Below, piece after piece: positions 10,041-19,065 of a DNA stretch of 53,067 bases. Within the stretch, counting starts at the first letter, position 1. Every line of letters begins with the position of its first letter. Source of the DNA: Candidatus Yanofskybacteria bacterium RIFCSPLOWO2_02_FULL_41_13 (GTDB lineage Bacteria; Patescibacteriota; Minisyncoccia; 2-02-FULL-40-12; GWA2-44-9); assembly GCA_001795735.1 (NCBI GenBank), contig MGKQ01000014.1, positions 5,625 through 58,691 of the forward strand, written 5' to 3'. The position numbers and the translations under genes are program-made. The notes beneath the pieces were generated by a model. It made no database searches. It had not been told where the DNA came from and saw only the letters and a program-made list of their open reading frames with translations.

Positions 10041-10543
10041 TGATTTTTAATAGATCAAAAGAGCGGGGGTTCACCTTAATAGAAGCAATAGTTGCTATAT
10101 TTATTTTAAGCCTGGGAATAATCCCCTCACTATCGATAGTTCTGTATGCCAATAGTTTCACTTCAGTTTTAAAAAATAATTTAATTGGCACTAATCTTGC
10201 TCAGGAGGGCGCGGAAGTTGTCAGGGCCCTAAGAGACTCAAACTGGTTTAACGGCCGGGCCTTTGACTTCGGTCTTGCCAACGGGACTTATAGGTTAGAG
10301 TGGAACTCCGCATCATTGATCACTGAGTTCGGTTCCAATCCGGTATTAAAAATAGATTCAAACGGCCTTTATAACTATACCAGCGGAACAGATACCCCCT
10401 TTCACAGAAGGATTTTTATTGTTAAGGATCCGACTGCTCCGGGATGCGATTGTGAGTTAAGAGTTGTGGTCGAAGTCAGTTGGGTCGAGAGGAAAAGCAC
10501 CAGGGTAATAACAGTAGAGTCACATTTATTTGATTGGAACTAA
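10025..10543 (+). CDS. Minor pilin (PilV-like)
   Basis: ERG|FTLIEAIVAI; LAQEGAEVVRALRD; RVVVEVSW. Confidence 0.85.
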   Translation: MRSIMMIFNRSKERGFTLIEAIVAIFILSLGIIPSLSIVLYANSFTSVLKNNLIGTNLAQEGAEVVRALRDSNWFNGRAFDFGLANGTYRLEWNSASLITEFGSNPVLKIDSNGLYNYTSGTDTPFHRRIFIVKDPTAPGCDCELRVVVEVSWVERKSTRVITVESHLFDWN

Positions 10544-11088
10544 TAATGAAGAAATTTTCAATTAAATTACCAAATCAGAGAGGGTTTACCGTGATTGAAA
10601 TGCTAGTAACAGTATTTGTTTTTTCAGTTATGGCCATAATTACTGCGGCTATTTTTGTCAGGGCATTGGAGGTAGAAAGAAAATCCTTTTCTGCCCAGGT
10701 TGTTCAAGAGAATACCCTTGCCGTTTTTGGGCTTATGTCAAAAGAAATTAGGGTTAGCGATGTAGCTGGGCCTAATAGTAATTGCTTAGCCAGTAGCTTA
10801 AATATAACCGTTTATAACTCTTCTGGTAATGCTATAGCCACTACATATCAGCTAAACTCAACTACCGGGATAGTCGAAAGAAACTATGGAGGTCAAATAT
10901 ATCAGGTTAGCTCACCGGATGTGATATTTAATAGTTTGAAGTTTTGTATTCTAAATTCAGGTCTGGATGATGAGCCGGTAAGAGTTACTATTCTGGCATC
11001 AATTTCTGACCGGACTAACCAGAGCTCAACCATCAGTCTACAAACCACTACTACGTCAAGAAATGTAGCCGATGAGCTTCAAAATTAA
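10534..11088 (+). CDS. Minor pilin (PilW-like)
   Basis: QRG|FTVIEMLVTV; MSKEIRVS. Confidence 0.85.
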   Translation: MELIMKKFSIKLPNQRGFTVIEMLVTVFVFSVMAIITAAIFVRALEVERKSFSAQVVQENTLAVFGLMSKEIRVSDVAGPNSNCLASSLNITVYNSSGNAIATTYQLNSTTGIVERNYGGQIYQVSSPDVIFNSLKFCILNSGLDDEPVRVTILASISDRTNQSSTISLQTTTTSRNVADELQN

Positions 11089-11491
11089 TAATCAAATGAG
11101 GTTTAATAGTCAAAAAAATTTAAGAGCAAAATGTAAGCAGAGCGGTTCTGTGATAATATTTACTTTGCTTATAATGCTTTCCGTTATGGTTATATCCATT
11201 GCTCTTATGAGATTACTTATCCCCAAGTTTAAAATAATCAGGGAGTCAATTTATTCGGTAGTTGCTGTTTATGCCGCTGATAGCGGTATGGAGTGGTGCA
11301 TCTTCGCCAATAGAAACGACCTGAGCGCAATGTCAATTGCTCCAGGTCAGCCGGTAAATCTTCAGACTATTCCAGGCGTAACAATTCAGATATATGGCCC
11401 TTCAGGAGCTACATGCCTATATAGTGAATCTTCAGACTATAGAACCGTAGGCTCTTATAATGGTATTAGCCGGTCCTTAGAAGTTTTTTAG
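11072..11491 (+). CDS. PilX-like minor pilin (no Glu5)
   Basis: QSG|SVIIFTLLI; AVYAADSGMEW; ends RSLEVF. Confidence 0.75.
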   Translation: MSFKINNQMRFNSQKNLRAKCKQSGSVIIFTLLIMLSVMVISIALMRLLIPKFKIIRESIYSVVAVYAADSGMEWCIFANRNDLSAMSIAPGQPVNLQTIPGVTIQIYGPSGATCLYSESSDYRTVGSYNGISRSLEVF

Positions 11492-11507
11492 GTTTGTACT
11501 GGCAAAG

Positions 11508-11553
11508 TAACAAAGGGCGTCTTTGCATTTGAATGCAAAGACGCCCTTTGTTA
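11508..11553. repeat. REP-like palindrome, 22-bp perfect arms
   Basis: TAACAAAGGGCGTCTTTGCATT-TG-AATGCAAAGACGCCCTTTGTTA; sister copy at 51699-51742. Confidence 0.9.
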
Positions 11554-13661
11554 TGATGGAAATCATGAAGTCTGAAGTAAAACAACGAATACACAAGCTC
11601 CGTGAAGTAATTAACCATCACCGATATCTTTACCATGTCTTGGATAAGCAGGAGATATCCGATTCGGCTCTGGATGCTTTAAAAAAAGAACTTTTTGATC
11701 TGGAGCATAAATATCCAGAATTTATAACCGTCGATTCTCCAACTCAACGGGTCGGAGGAAAACCACTGAAAGAATTCAAGAAGTTCAGGCATCCGGAGCC
11801 GATGATATCTTTTAACGATGCTTTTAACGCTCAGGATATGGAAGAGTGGGTTGAACGAATGGCCAACGTTATCGGCGTTGATAGAAAACACGGGTTAGCC
11901 CGTTTAGATTTTGCGGAACAAAAGTTGGGAGGATACTACGCTGAGTTGAAGATAGATGGCTTGGCAATCGAGCTTATCTACGAAGAGGGGACGCTAAAAA
12001 TCGGCTCGACCAGAGGTGATGGCATTATCGGCGAAGACGTCACTCAAAATCTTAAAACTGTTGAGGCAATTCCGCTGAAATTGTTGAGTGAAGAAGAGGT
12101 GGTAAAAAATCTTGAGAAAGAGGAGCTTGAACGGTTTGTTCCTGAAATCAAAAAGGCTCTTGGTAAAACTTTAGTTGTTAGGGGAGAGGTATTTATTACC
12201 AGAAAGGACTTTGACCGGATTAATAAAGAGCAGGAGGGGGGAGGGCTAAAGATTTATGCCAACCCCCGTAATCTTGCCGCCGGGTCGGTTCGTCAGCTCG
12301 ATCCCTCAGTAACTAGATCCCGCAAGATGGATTCATTTGCCTATGCCCTTAAAACAGATATTGGGCAGGACACTCACGAAGAGGAGCATCTTATTCTGAA
12401 AGCGCTTGGGTTTAAGACTAACCCTCATAATAAATTCTGCAAAGATCTTAAGGCCGTTCAGGAGTTACGTGACTATTGGGAAAAACACAGGGAGAAATTA
12501 AACTACGAAATAGACGGCATTGTCGTGGCGGTTAATGACAATAAGACTTTTAAAAAGTTAGGGGTCGTCGGCAAAGCACCAAGAGGAGCAATCGCTTACA
12601 AATTTTCGCCGAAAGAATCAGAAACAATCGTTGAAGATATTATTGTGCAAGTCGGCCGGACTGGCACTCTTACTCCCGTGGCCGTTCTAAGGCCGGTAAA
12701 TATAGGGGGGGTTACTGTTTCCAGGGCGACCCTGCATAACCTCGATGAAATAAAAAGATTGGATGTAAAGATAGGGGATACAGTAATTGTCGGAAGGGCA
12801 GGAGATGTCATACCCGATATCAGGCAGGTTATTAAAGAGCTCAGGATCGGCAAGGAGAAACAGTTCCGCATGCCCAAGAAATGTCCCATTTGTGATAGTC
12901 CGGTAGAACAGATATCAGGCCAAGTCGCCTTTAAATGTACAAACAAAAACTGTCCGGCTATCAAGCGTGAGGCTGTTTATCATTTTGTTTCAAGAAAGGC
13001 CTTTAATATCGACGGAGTGGGCCCCAGAATAATAGACCAGCTAATGGAGGCGGGGCTTATCCGTGACGCAGCCGATTTATTCAGCCTCAAAGAGCAAGAC
13101 CTACTTAATTTGGAACGTTTTGCTGAAAAATCTGCCCAAAACACCATTAATGCGATTCGGTCAAAAAAGAAGGTGGCTTTGGAGAAGTTCATTTATTCTC
13201 TCGGTATAGAACATGTCGGAGAAGAAACAGCTTTTGCCCTTGCTCGAAAATTTGGAAAGTTTAAAAACCTTACCCGAGCCTCAGCCGAAGAGCTTGAAAA
13301 CATTCTTGATGTAGGGCCGATTGTTGCCAAGAGCATATATGATTGGTTTCAGAAAGGTTACAACCAAAAACTTATAGCCAGATTTAAAAGGGCCGGCGTG
13401 GTTATTCGGCAAGAGAAGCGGATAAAAGGATCGACCAAGCTTACCGGGAAAACATTTGTAATTACCGGATCTCTCGAATCAATGACCAGGGATGAAGTAA
13501 AAGACCGAATTCGTGATTTGGGCGGAGATATTTCTTCCAGTGTTTCCCAAAATACCGATTACGTTATTGTCGGATCTGAACCGGGATCAAAATATGAAAA
13601 CGCCAAGAAACTCGGAATCAAAACTATAGACGAGAAGGGGCTCCTTAAGCTTATTGAATGA
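11553..13661 (+). CDS. ligA: NAD-dependent DNA ligase
   Basis: ELKIDGLA adenylation motif, EIDGIVV, VGRTG, Zn finger, C-terminal BRCT; start at ATG 11553-11565, not TTG 11523 inside the palindrome. Confidence 0.97.
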   Translation: MMEIMKSEVKQRIHKLREVINHHRYLYHVLDKQEISDSALDALKKELFDLEHKYPEFITVDSPTQRVGGKPLKEFKKFRHPEPMISFNDAFNAQDMEEWVERMANVIGVDRKHGLARLDFAEQKLGGYYAELKIDGLAIELIYEEGTLKIGSTRGDGIIGEDVTQNLKTVEAIPLKLLSEEEVVKNLEKEELERFVPEIKKALGKTLVVRGEVFITRKDFDRINKEQEGGGLKIYANPRNLAAGSVRQLDPSVTRSRKMDSFAYALKTDIGQDTHEEEHLILKALGFKTNPHNKFCKDLKAVQELRDYWEKHREKLNYEIDGIVVAVNDNKTFKKLGVVGKAPRGAIAYKFSPKESETIVEDIIVQVGRTGTLTPVAVLRPVNIGGVTVSRATLHNLDEIKRLDVKIGDTVIVGRAGDVIPDIRQVIKELRIGKEKQFRMPKKCPICDSPVEQISGQVAFKCTNKNCPAIKREAVYHFVSRKAFNIDGVGPRIIDQLMEAGLIRDAADLFSLKEQDLLNLERFAEKSAQNTINAIRSKKKVALEKFIYSLGIEHVGEETAFALARKFGKFKNLTRASAEELENILDVGPIVAKSIYDWFQKGYNQKLIARFKRAGVVIRQEKRIKGSTKLTGKTFVITGSLESMTRDEVKDRIRDLGGDISSSVSQNTDYVIVGSEPGSKYENAKKLGIKTIDEKGLLKLIE

Positions 13662-14442
13662 GTATTTTTCCTTCATTTCCTATCGAAAATTCCACCCCCA
13701 AAGGACTTATCGGTACATTTTTAATTATTTTTCCGTTAACCAAATCGTCCGTTGATTTAGGATAGAAACCATACTTTTGCTTATAAATTGCTATGGCTTT
13801 GTTTAGTATCTCTACTATTTCGATATGGATGATATTGCGCTTGGCTCTTTCAAGCACAATCTCGTCATCAGAAGTCTCATAAATTGAGGTCCATATTCTC
13901 TTGGTCTCTTCCAGGTGACCGGCTATACCGTATCTGGCAGATATTGATTTTATTTTCTCCGGTGCCCCGGGAGTATCTGCGGCAATGTTAAAATATAAAG
14001 TCGCCTTACTGCGATCTTTTAGAAAAATATGATAAGAGGTGGCCATATAATATGCGATCCGCCAATCCGGATCGGCATTCCTTAAGCCTTTTATGCCTAT
14101 CTTAAACGCTTCTTCTTGGAATCCCAGCGGCGGTAAGACAAGGGCTGCAAAAGCATAAGGATAGCTGAATTTTTGATCTATATCGGTTACTGTCATGATT
14201 AATTCCGGAATCTTTTTCGGCCAAGTAGCCATCTCTTGGATCGAGTAAATCCACATTAAAACCGACGAGGCCGAATGGAGCCCAAGGTTGCCGAGTCTCA
14301 TTGCCTGAGCCGGTAGTATCACCGGGGGCGCCAAGGGACGATCTTCTTTTTCAATATCGAAATAATATTGAGAGAAAGCTACTCCTGCCAGAAGCATAAC
14401 TATAAACAACGGCTTTGCCATATTTGATAGAACGGAAAGCAT
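13651..14442 (-). CDS. Membrane-anchored TPR-like helical protein with pilin-like C-terminal motif
   Basis: Helical repeats (WRIAYYMATSYHIF); C-terminal AIAIYKQKYGFYPKSTDDLV resembles the GspG/pilin core; in operon with ABC genes. Confidence 0.6.
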   Translation of the reverse strand: MLSVLSNMAKPLFIVMLLAGVAFSQYYFDIEKEDRPLAPPVILPAQAMRLGNLGLHSASSVLMWIYSIQEMATWPKKIPELIMTVTDIDQKFSYPYAFAALVLPPLGFQEEAFKIGIKGLRNADPDWRIAYYMATSYHIFLKDRSKATLYFNIAADTPGAPEKIKSISARYGIAGHLEETKRIWTSIYETSDDEIVLERAKRNIIHIEIVEILNKAIAIYKQKYGFYPKSTDDLVNGKIIKNVPISPLGVEFSIGNEGKILIQ

Positions 14443-15203
14443 CAGAGCTCTTTTTTATTTAGAAGCAGTTGGGCTAAATAAACAACTAAAACTACATATA
14501 TTACGGCGTAGCCCACTGAAATAGCCGACTCTTTAAAAGATACCTGTATCTGATGAACAATCAGGTTCCTGATGTCAAATTTTTCTAAATTAGGGAAAAT
14601 ATAATAAACGGCCGTGAGAATATATTTTGCTACCAATCCCGAGTTTAAAGCGTATTGTTTTATCAGCGGTAACAGATGGCCGATATAGAGTATTAATATG
14701 GTGTATATCGTTGCCGCTAGGGGAGTGGTAAAAACAGAAAAAAGTATTAAAATCGCAATTAAAACCGCCATTTCCATAATTTGGAGAAATACTGCTCCAA
14801 TTGATAAGTAATCAAAATTGCCCCCGCTTAAAACAACGGTCAGTAAGTAAGCTCCTAGCATAAGTAAAGTGGTTATGCTCACTGCCGCAAGCAGCCCTAA
14901 AAACTTTCCCATAACTACATCGGCCCGACTTACCGGTTTTGACAGCAAAAAGTAAGTAGTTCTTTTTTCCACCTCATCATAAACTATTGTTGCGCCAAGA
15001 AATATGGTGATAATAAGCCCGAATATGTAAATACCAGCTAAGCCAAGGTTTCTTATCACAAAAACTTCCTCTCCGAGCGATAGTGAACCTAAAACAACTG
15101 TTGAACCGAGAAATATCAAGGCAAAGACTACAATACCATATAGAATCTTGTCTCTGATAGTCTGCCGAAAAGTACTTTTTGCAATAACTAATGTATTCTT
15201 CAT
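14442..15203 (-). CDS. ABC-2 type exporter permease
   Basis: Six TMs, EVEKRTTYFLLSKPVSRADVVMGKFLG. Confidence 0.9.
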   Translation of the reverse strand: MKNTLVIAKSTFRQTIRDKILYGIVVFALIFLGSTVVLGSLSLGEEVFVIRNLGLAGIYIFGLIITIFLGATIVYDEVEKRTTYFLLSKPVSRADVVMGKFLGLLAAVSITTLLMLGAYLLTVVLSGGNFDYLSIGAVFLQIMEMAVLIAILILFSVFTTPLAATIYTILILYIGHLLPLIKQYALNSGLVAKYILTAVYYIFPNLEKFDIRNLIVHQIQVSFKESAISVGYAVIYVVLVVYLAQLLLNKKEL

Positions 15204-15212
15204 AAGGAAAAT

Positions 15213-15920
15213 TTATAGTGATTTAATCGTCTTAACAAATTGGTCCTCAAGGGACATGTCTTTTCTAAACTGGTTTACCGGTCCTGAATAAATAAGCCTG
15301 CCTTTATGTATAATACCTATCTGGTCGCACAGAGCCTCAACGTCGGCAAGAATATGAGAGTTAAAAAATATAGTCTTGCCTTCTTCTTTTATCGTCTCGA
15401 TTATCTTTTTTATTTCCCTTCTTCCTATCGGGTCGAGGCCCTCCAGCGGTTCATCCAGGAATATATAAGTCGGGTCGTTAACAATAGCTTGGGCAAAACC
15501 CAACCTCTGCTTCATTCCTTTTGAATAGGTTCTGATCTTACTGTGCCTTGCTTCGTAAATATTAACTTTTTTTAGTATTTCTTCGAGTTCTGTCTTGGAT
15601 TTACCGCGGCTATTTTTAAAAAGGTCGCTAGAAAATTCTAAAAACTCTAAGCCCGTAAGCTGATCATAAAAGTGAGGCTCTTCCGGCATAAAACCTATAT
15701 TCTCCCTTGTAGAGACAGCGAGAGGAGATTCGTCTCCGATCATTATACTGCCGGCGTCCGGCGTGTTTATTCCAACAAGCATCTTTATAGCTGTCGTCTT
15801 GCCGGCTCCATTGGGACCTAAAAAGCCAAATACAGAACCTGACTGTATCGTAAGGGAGAGGTTGTCGACGGCATTAGTGATTCCATCGTACGTTTTTGAT
15901 ATATTTTTTATTAGGATCAT
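15213..15920 (-). CDS. ABC exporter ATP-binding protein
   Basis: GPNGAGKTT, YSKGMKQR, FLDEPLEGLDP. Confidence 0.93.
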   Translation of the reverse strand: MILIKNISKTYDGITNAVDNLSLTIQSGSVFGFLGPNGAGKTTAIKMLVGINTPDAGSIMIGDESPLAVSTRENIGFMPEEPHFYDQLTGLEFLEFSSDLFKNSRGKSKTELEEILKKVNIYEARHSKIRTYSKGMKQRLGFAQAIVNDPTYIFLDEPLEGLDPIGRREIKKIIETIKEEGKTIFFNSHILADVEALCDQIGIIHKGRLIYSGPVNQFRKDMSLEDQFVKTIKSL

Positions 15921-16020
15921 ATACGCTTATGAGTAGGTATCTTTTTGTGTAATTCTAGCGAAAAATAATTTTAAAATAAAGCTCCTTTATAAACACCGGG
16001 GATTATGATAATTTATATAG

Positions 16021-16320
16021 ATGGATATTAAAACCGTAAATAAGATATCTGCCCTAGCCAGAATCGCTATTAGTCCGGAGGAGGAAGTAAAGATAAAAAA
16101 CGAACTATCCTCTATTCTAGACTATATCGGACAGTTAAATAAGGTGAATACCGAAGAAGTAGAGCCTTTTTACCAAACAACGGGTATTGTTAATTCGACT
16201 CGGCCGGATAAGTACCGGGAAGATTTTAAAATAGATGGAGATCTGAATAAAAAATTAATCGATCAAGCGCCCGATAGGCAGGATAACTTTATTAAAGTAA
16301 AATCAATTTTGAGCAGATAG
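16021..16320 (+). CDS. gatC: Asp/Glu-tRNA amidotransferase subunit C
   Basis: ISALARI...LSSILDYIGQLNKVNT; precedes gatA. Confidence 0.9.
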   Translation: MDIKTVNKISALARIAISPEEEVKIKNELSSILDYIGQLNKVNTEEVEPFYQTTGIVNSTRPDKYREDFKIDGDLNKKLIDQAPDRQDNFIKVKSILSR

Positions 16321-16372
16321 ATTCGGCTGTTACAAATTAAAATACGTAACACGTAATTCGCAATTATATTCC

Positions 16373-17785
16373 GTGAATCGAAATTACACAATCAGAGATA
16401 TCGTCGGGGGCATAGCTAAAAAGGAATTCTTGCCTGAAGAAATTTTTCAGCATTATTTGACGCGTATTGGTCTCAAGAACGAAAAGCTTAACGCCTATCT
16501 TTCAACTTTTGACTTTCAGTCCTCAGCTTTCAAGTCGCAAACTCCGCTTGCCGATGTTCCGTGTGCTATAAAGGATAATATTCTTATTGAAGGCACCGTT
16601 GTTACTGCCGGTTCTAAAATCCTGGAAAATTATGTTTCTGCCTACGACGCGACTGTAATCCAGAAACTTAGAAAGTCAGGAGTCCAGTTCTTAGGAAAGA
16701 CAAACATGGATGAGTTTGCGATGGGTTCATCAACCGAAAATTCAGCTTTTGGTCCGACTAAAAATCCTCACGACCATAGCCGTGTTCCCGGGGGCTCTTC
16801 CGGCGGTTCAGCGACAGCGGTAGCAGCCGACCTCTGTGTTTTCGCTCTCGGCTCTGACACGGGAGGGTCTATTCGTCAGCCGGCCAGTTTTTGCGGTGTT
16901 GTAGGCTTGAAACCAACTTACGGCAGAGTTTCAAGGCACGGCCTGATAGCCATGTCTTCTTCTTTGGACCAGATAGGCTCACTTACTAAGAATGTATACG
17001 ATGCGGCTCTTGTCTTGAATTCTATCGTGGGTAAGGATAAGTTTGATTCAACTACGGTTGATATGCCTGAGTATGATTTTACTGAAAATCTGAATAGGCC
17101 GATAAAAGGGCTCAGGGTCGGCGTACCTAAAGAATACTTCAGCAAAGGCGTCTCAACCGAGGTCAGAGATAGGGTTGAAGAGGGGATATCAAAATTAAAA
17201 CAGATGGACTGTCATGTAATTGACATCTCAATGCCCCATTCCGAATACGCCATAGCCGTGTATTATATTGTTATGTCTTCTGAGATTTCTTCCAACTTAG
17301 CTCGTTATGACGGGATTCGGTACGGATACTCATCAAAAAACAGCGAGAACTTATTTGATGTATACTCCAGGTCAAGAGCTGGGGGATTCGGACCGGAGCC
17401 AAAAAGAAGAGTAATGCTTGGAACCTACTCCCTATCCTCGGGTTACTATGACGCATATTACCTGAAAGCCGAAAAAGTTAAGGCACTCATAAGAAAAGAT
17501 TTTGATGATGCCTTTAAGAATGTGGATGTAATTGTTGGACCGACTGCACCGACAACAGCTTTTAAAATAGGGGATAAGTCGGCTGATCCGCTTTCAATGT
17601 ATCTATCCGATATTTACACCGTTCCGGTTAATCTTGCCGGATTGCCGGGGATATCAATTCCCTGCGGCCGGGGCGATAACAGTAATATGCCGGTTGGGTT
17701 CCAAATTATCGGCAAACCGTTCGATGAGGAAACAATCCTTAGAGCTGCTCACCAGCTTGAGCAGGTCTTAAATCCTAAATCTTAA
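16373..17785 (+). CDS. gatA: Asp/Glu-tRNA amidotransferase subunit A
   Basis: GKTNMDEFAMGSSTE, PGGSSGGS, GSDTGGSIRQPA. Confidence 0.97.
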   Translation: MNRNYTIRDIVGGIAKKEFLPEEIFQHYLTRIGLKNEKLNAYLSTFDFQSSAFKSQTPLADVPCAIKDNILIEGTVVTAGSKILENYVSAYDATVIQKLRKSGVQFLGKTNMDEFAMGSSTENSAFGPTKNPHDHSRVPGGSSGGSATAVAADLCVFALGSDTGGSIRQPASFCGVVGLKPTYGRVSRHGLIAMSSSLDQIGSLTKNVYDAALVLNSIVGKDKFDSTTVDMPEYDFTENLNRPIKGLRVGVPKEYFSKGVSTEVRDRVEEGISKLKQMDCHVIDISMPHSEYAIAVYYIVMSSEISSNLARYDGIRYGYSSKNSENLFDVYSRSRAGGFGPEPKRRVMLGTYSLSSGYYDAYYLKAEKVKALIRKDFDDAFKNVDVIVGPTAPTTAFKIGDKSADPLSMYLSDIYTVPVNLAGLPGISIPCGRGDNSNMPVGFQIIGKPFDEETILRAAHQLEQVLNPKS

Positions 17786-17802
17786 ACCTAGCATCCATAA
17801 CC

Positions 17803-18312
17803 ATGGCTCAACTAATCAATTTCTTTGACGCTAATATTGCCGAAATATTAATTCGCCTTAAGCTGACGTCAGTAATTTTTTCTGTTATTTTCTTTGCAAT
17901 TGCTTTTTACTTTATTTACGAATTTAGAAAACTGTCACGCTTTAAACTGCTAAAAGCTAAATCTTTAATAAGACCTCCCAAGGCCGCATATGGAGGAGCG
18001 AGTCAATCCAGATGGGAAGAGGTGGTCAGACATATTGAGTCATCCAGTGAAGCTGAGTGGAAACTGGCACTTATAGAGGCTGATAAGCTCGTTGATAACC
18101 TTCTTAAATCGGCGGGTTTTACCGGTGACACCATGGGCGAAAGGCTAACTAATGTGGAGAAAGGCCAGTTAGCAAATCTGGAGGGACTTTGGGAGGCTCA
18201 TAAGATACGAAACAAAATAGTTCACGATGTTAATTATTTTCTTCGCTACGGCGAGGCCAAACGGGCTGTAGAGCTCTATGAGAAAATCTTGGAAGAACTT
18301 GGCGGTATTTAG
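17803..18312 (+). CDS. Hypothetical membrane protein with RxxxxH motif
   Basis: N-terminal TM; WEAHKIRNKIVH; typical codon usage. Confidence 0.7.
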   Translation: MAQLINFFDANIAEILIRLKLTSVIFSVIFFAIAFYFIYEFRKLSRFKLLKAKSLIRPPKAAYGGASQSRWEEVVRHIESSSEAEWKLALIEADKLVDNLLKSAGFTGDTMGERLTNVEKGQLANLEGLWEAHKIRNKIVHDVNYFLRYGEAKRAVELYEKILEELGGI

Positions 18313-18362
18313 CTCACGGTTTAGTTATATTTTCTGACGTGCTATAATCAACCTATAAATCA

Positions 18363-18845
18363 ATGAATAAAAAATATATTTATCTGATTACTGTGGCGGC
18401 GGTTTTTCTGATGGTATTCGTTTTTATCAATAGAAAGAACGACACGGATACCAGTCCAGACATTTCACCTGTTCCAACGGTAAGCCTAGAACCTAGCCCA
18501 ACACCAACCCCTAAAATAACTGTAGAATCTACGCCTGAACTTATCTTTGAAGAACTGCCAAACTATTATACTCTGGCTGTTTCTTTAGACAAAGAAAACC
18601 GATATTTTGCTATAGATGCTGATTGTATGAGTATTAATCCTTCAAACGTAGTCTACAAAAACAATACTCAGATTATGCTTGATAACGCCGCTTCAGATAA
18701 AGCGCGCGTTCTAAAGATTGGCGGCCGTGAGTACAGCCTTGATGCTCACGCTTGGATTCTGGCTACGCTTTCAAGCACAGAACTTCCCATACGACTTCCG
18801 ATATTTTGCGGATCAATGGAGCTAGGCCAGATCGAGCTTCAGTAA
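18363..18845 (+). CDS. Hypothetical secreted/membrane-anchored protein
   Basis: N-terminal TM, Pro/Thr linker, two Cys. Confidence 0.7.
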   Translation: MNKKYIYLITVAAVFLMVFVFINRKNDTDTSPDISPVPTVSLEPSPTPTPKITVESTPELIFEELPNYYTLAVSLDKENRYFAIDADCMSINPSNVVYKNNTQIMLDNAASDKARVLKIGGREYSLDAHAWILATLSSTELPIRLPIFCGSMELGQIELQ

Positions 18846-18865
18846 GCAAAACGTCTCCTCCCGAC

Positions 18866-18893
18866 TTGATTTTTAGAAGATCAATGATATAAT
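18866..18893 (+). promoter_or_regulatory. Putative promoter of typA
   Basis: TTGATT, 16-bp spacer, TG-extended TATAAT (18888-18893). Confidence 0.45.
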
Positions 18894-18905
18894 CAAGATA
18901 ACGAT

Positions 18906-18940
18906 AAATGGAGCCCCGACATTACGTCGGGGCTCCATTT
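18906..18940. repeat. REP-like hairpin, 15-bp perfect arms
   Basis: AAATGGAGCCCCGAC-ATTAC-GTCGGGGCTCCATTT. Confidence 0.85.
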
Positions 18941-19065
18941 CGCCAACTGAAATGAATCCCGTACGAAGTGGTAAAAACCTTGGACGGGATAATTATAAAG
19001 TTCTTGCATAGATATGAATGGCAAACACTTGACCTTTATGCACTGCAAGGGCCACTTCGTACAGG

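Noticed and set aside
16021-17785. gatC-gatA without gatB
   Set aside because: gatB is often unlinked; cannot be judged from this window.
17803-18312. HEPN toxin call from HKIRNKIVH
   Set aside because: Motif alone is weak; housekeeping context and no partner gene, so left as hypothetical.
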